In this document: positions 62,306-64,000 of the stretch, one piece after another
Layout: the number at the start of each line of letters is the position of its first letter
Position numbering within the stretch: the stretch's first letter is position 1
Virus record (IMG/VR): IMGVR_UViG_3300042286_000208
Span: 6,287-70,286 of that record
Reading direction: 5' to 3' (one strand)
Source: a virus
Taxonomy: Duplodnaviria; Heunggongvirae; Uroviricota; Caudoviricetes
Length of the DNA stretch: 64,000 nucleotides
Notes under the pieces: model-generated
The model's database searches: none
Told to the model about the DNA's origin: nothing
Seen by the model: the letters and a program-made list of their open reading frames with translations, nothing else
Made by a program: the position numbers and the translations under genes

Positions 62306-62785
62306 ATGAAAATAGCAGTTATAGGAACAAGAAGTTTGAGAAATCAAAAAGATGTACTTACTAATATTGTAGAGTATCTCAAAGAAAATGGACTAAATGT
62401 CCATGTGGTTCGATCTGGTAATGCTTTGGGCACGGATCAGGTGTCGAATAGTTTTGCAAAAATCGATAGAATAAATGTTATTCATTATCTACCATGGGAA
62501 AGTTACAATAAGGATTTACAAATAAAAAAAGATAATGTATACTATATATGCAAGTCGACACATAAGTTTGACAAGGACATACTTGACATGTTTCCTCATA
62601 TGAATAATATGAAACCTGGAATATGGTCTCTTATTAGAAGAAACTTTCAGATCATATTGGGCACTGAAGGAAATGATCCTGTTGATATTGTATTTTGGCA
62701 TACGATAGATGGAAAATTAACAGGAGGCACCCGATATGGTGTCATGCTTGCAAGAAAATTAGGAATAAAAGATATAAGTGTATAA
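62306..62785 (+). CDS. SLOG-superfamily (DprA/YspA-like) nucleotide-binding protein
   Basis: KIAVIGTRS, RSGNALGTD, RRNFQIILG, GGTRY. Confidence 0.7.
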   Translation: MKIAVIGTRSLRNQKDVLTNIVEYLKENGLNVHVVRSGNALGTDQVSNSFAKIDRINVIHYLPWESYNKDLQIKKDNVYYICKSTHKFDKDILDMFPHMNNMKPGIWSLIRRNFQIILGTEGNDPVDIVFWHTIDGKLTGGTRYGVMLARKLGIKDISV

Positions 62786-62808
62786 ACTAGTTAAAAGGAG
62801 ATGAGTAG

Positions 62809-64000
62809 ATGGAAAAATTAACTATAGATAATAACGAATTAATATTTAATAGACTTAAAAATGAAATAGTAAAAGACATATCTTCTAGAAAAGAATTGAT
62901 AACTTTCAATTTTAACGGAGAGGATATCACATTACAGAAAATATTTTGGATATATAATACTTTGCTCCTAACCATGGTAAAGGATTTTGAGAAGGTAAAC
63001 ACAAGGGATTTGATCACTGACACTTTCAATAGCAAGATATTTGAAAAATTTGTAAATAAGTTTCTTGATGTAGACAACAAACATCAAGTCGCAAAAATAT
63101 TGACTGAGTTTTCAAAATTATCGGTAATCGGTAATAATAAACTAGACACAGGTCTTTCTCTGAAGAATATTATTGATGGGTATCTTAAATATGAAGATTT
63201 TAGGAATATTATTGACAATATAGATTCAGATGGTAATCCTATATTAAATGGTGATGAAGATATATATGAAGTTGAACGCAAGTTCGCAGAAGGTATCGTC
63301 AATATGAGAAAAGTTTTGTCAAACAAACCGGATTTATGGTTCTACGACTTCGTTAAAAATGGAGAAGGATTAAACTTTAAGCAGTTATTTCAAACAATAG
63401 GGTTTGTTGGATCAAAACCTGTTGTTAACTTTGATTTTAGAAATAACGGAGTTAACTCTGATTTTATAAAAAGCAACTTTATAAGAGGGACTGAGACAGA
63501 ACAAGAATATTATATCAACTGTATGTCTGCAAGAAAAGCACAAACTGTTAACCGCATGTTAATTCAGCCTTCAGGTTATTTTATGAGACGTTTATCGCTA
63601 TTAACAATTGATACAACACATAATAATAAAGAAGAGGATTGTGGTACAGATAAGGGAGTTATAGTTCATGTCAACTCGAGTAAAGAGTTATCCATGATTG
63701 ATGGTAGACACTACATAACTGAAAAAGGAATCGAAACAATTGATGCTGAAAAAGACATACATCTCATCGGTGAAACTTTAACAGTTAGGTCACCTATAAC
63801 ATGTAAACATTCTCATACGACTGGTGTTTGTAGAACATGCTTTGGTAAAGATCTGGCTAGTAAATTACAAGATTTCAATAGTGGTATGTTGGCTGTGTTA
63901 AACTTTACAGAACAACTAACACAGAATATGTTAAATGCTAAACACTTCAGTTCTACAAGTGCTGAAAAAGTTGACTTTAGTAAAGAGTTCTATAGCATAT
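62809..64000 (+). CDS. Phage multisubunit RNA polymerase beta-prime middle subunit (partial, runs off right edge)
   Basis: SGYFMRRL bridge helix, EEDCGT, RSPITC...C..CFG Zn site, EQLTQNMLNAKH trigger-loop-like; no TGA in ~397 codons; missing from track. Confidence 0.88.
   Translation, partial: MEKLTIDNNELIFNRLKNEIVKDISSRKELITFNFNGEDITLQKIFWIYNTLLLTMVKDFEKVNTRDLITDTFNSKIFEKFVNKFLDVDNKHQVAKILTEFSKLSVIGNNKLDTGLSLKNIIDGYLKYEDFRNIIDNIDSDGNPILNGDEDIYEVERKFAEGIVNMRKVLSNKPDLWFYDFVKNGEGLNFKQLFQTIGFVGSKPVVNFDFRNNGVNSDFIKSNFIRGTETEQEYYINCMSARKAQTVNRMLIQPSGYFMRRLSLLTIDTTHNNKEEDCGTDKGVIVHVNSSKELSMIDGRHYITEKGIETIDAEKDIHLIGETLTVRSPITCKHSHTTGVCRTCFGKDLASKLQDFNSGMLAVLNFTEQLTQNMLNAKHFSSTSAEKVDFSKEFYSI

Noticed and set aside
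1001-63326. Short opposite-strand ORFs in the track (e.g. 1001-1189, 9029-9349, 40027-40296, 62787-63080, 63084-63326)
   Set aside because: They are antisense shadows of well-supported genes, lack SDs and have no motifs
1-64000. tRNA genes, including a Trp-UCA suppressor, and release-factor genes
   Set aside because: No cloverleaf with T-loop and acceptor stem and no RF motifs were seen by eye; they may lie outside the window, and tRNAscan/ARAGORN would be needed to be sure
1-64000. CRISPR array
   Set aside because: The only recurring ~16-mer is dispersed between genes on both strands, not in a repeat-spacer array

Overview
64 kb of a very AT-rich jumbo (phiKZ/AR9-like) myophage genome. It carries two split multisubunit RNA polymerase beta-prime genes, a major capsid protein with scaffold-like neighbours, baseplate genes, a RecA/UvsX recombinase, an SF2 helicase, topoisomerase IA, ThyX and a class II ribonucleotide reductase. 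The supplied ORF track is fragmented because TGA is read as Trp: I found about 60 in-frame TGAs in about 24 genes by hand count, several at invariant Trp motifs, and no gene that ends in TGA. TGA use is strongly partitioned. The 10.5 kb early cluster, the replication genes and the capsid gene use only TGG, while many late and structural genes need TGA read-through. This suggests a standard-code Bacillota/Mollicutes-type host and a code switch during infection (inference). A 16-nt motif TGAATAATTAATTATA (17 copies) marks probable late promoters, and TATATATTATWA marks probable early ones. The best candidate for an undescribed system is late-promoter-driven RNA hairpins that display anti-Shine-Dalgarno loops (52405-52510 and 6177-6260), together with a tendency for early genes to use AAGGAG and late genes to use GAGGTGA ribosome-binding sites. 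Other notable items: a ~565-nt structured ncRNA candidate, twin group I introns around a 21-nt catalytic micro-exon in nrdJ, a CCC-TAA +1 frameshift in topA, and a translation toolkit (trigger factor, Prp, Pth2-like, Thg1, RNA ligase). No tRNA, rRNA or CRISPR array was seen. All family assignments are from motif recognition by eye; no searches were run.
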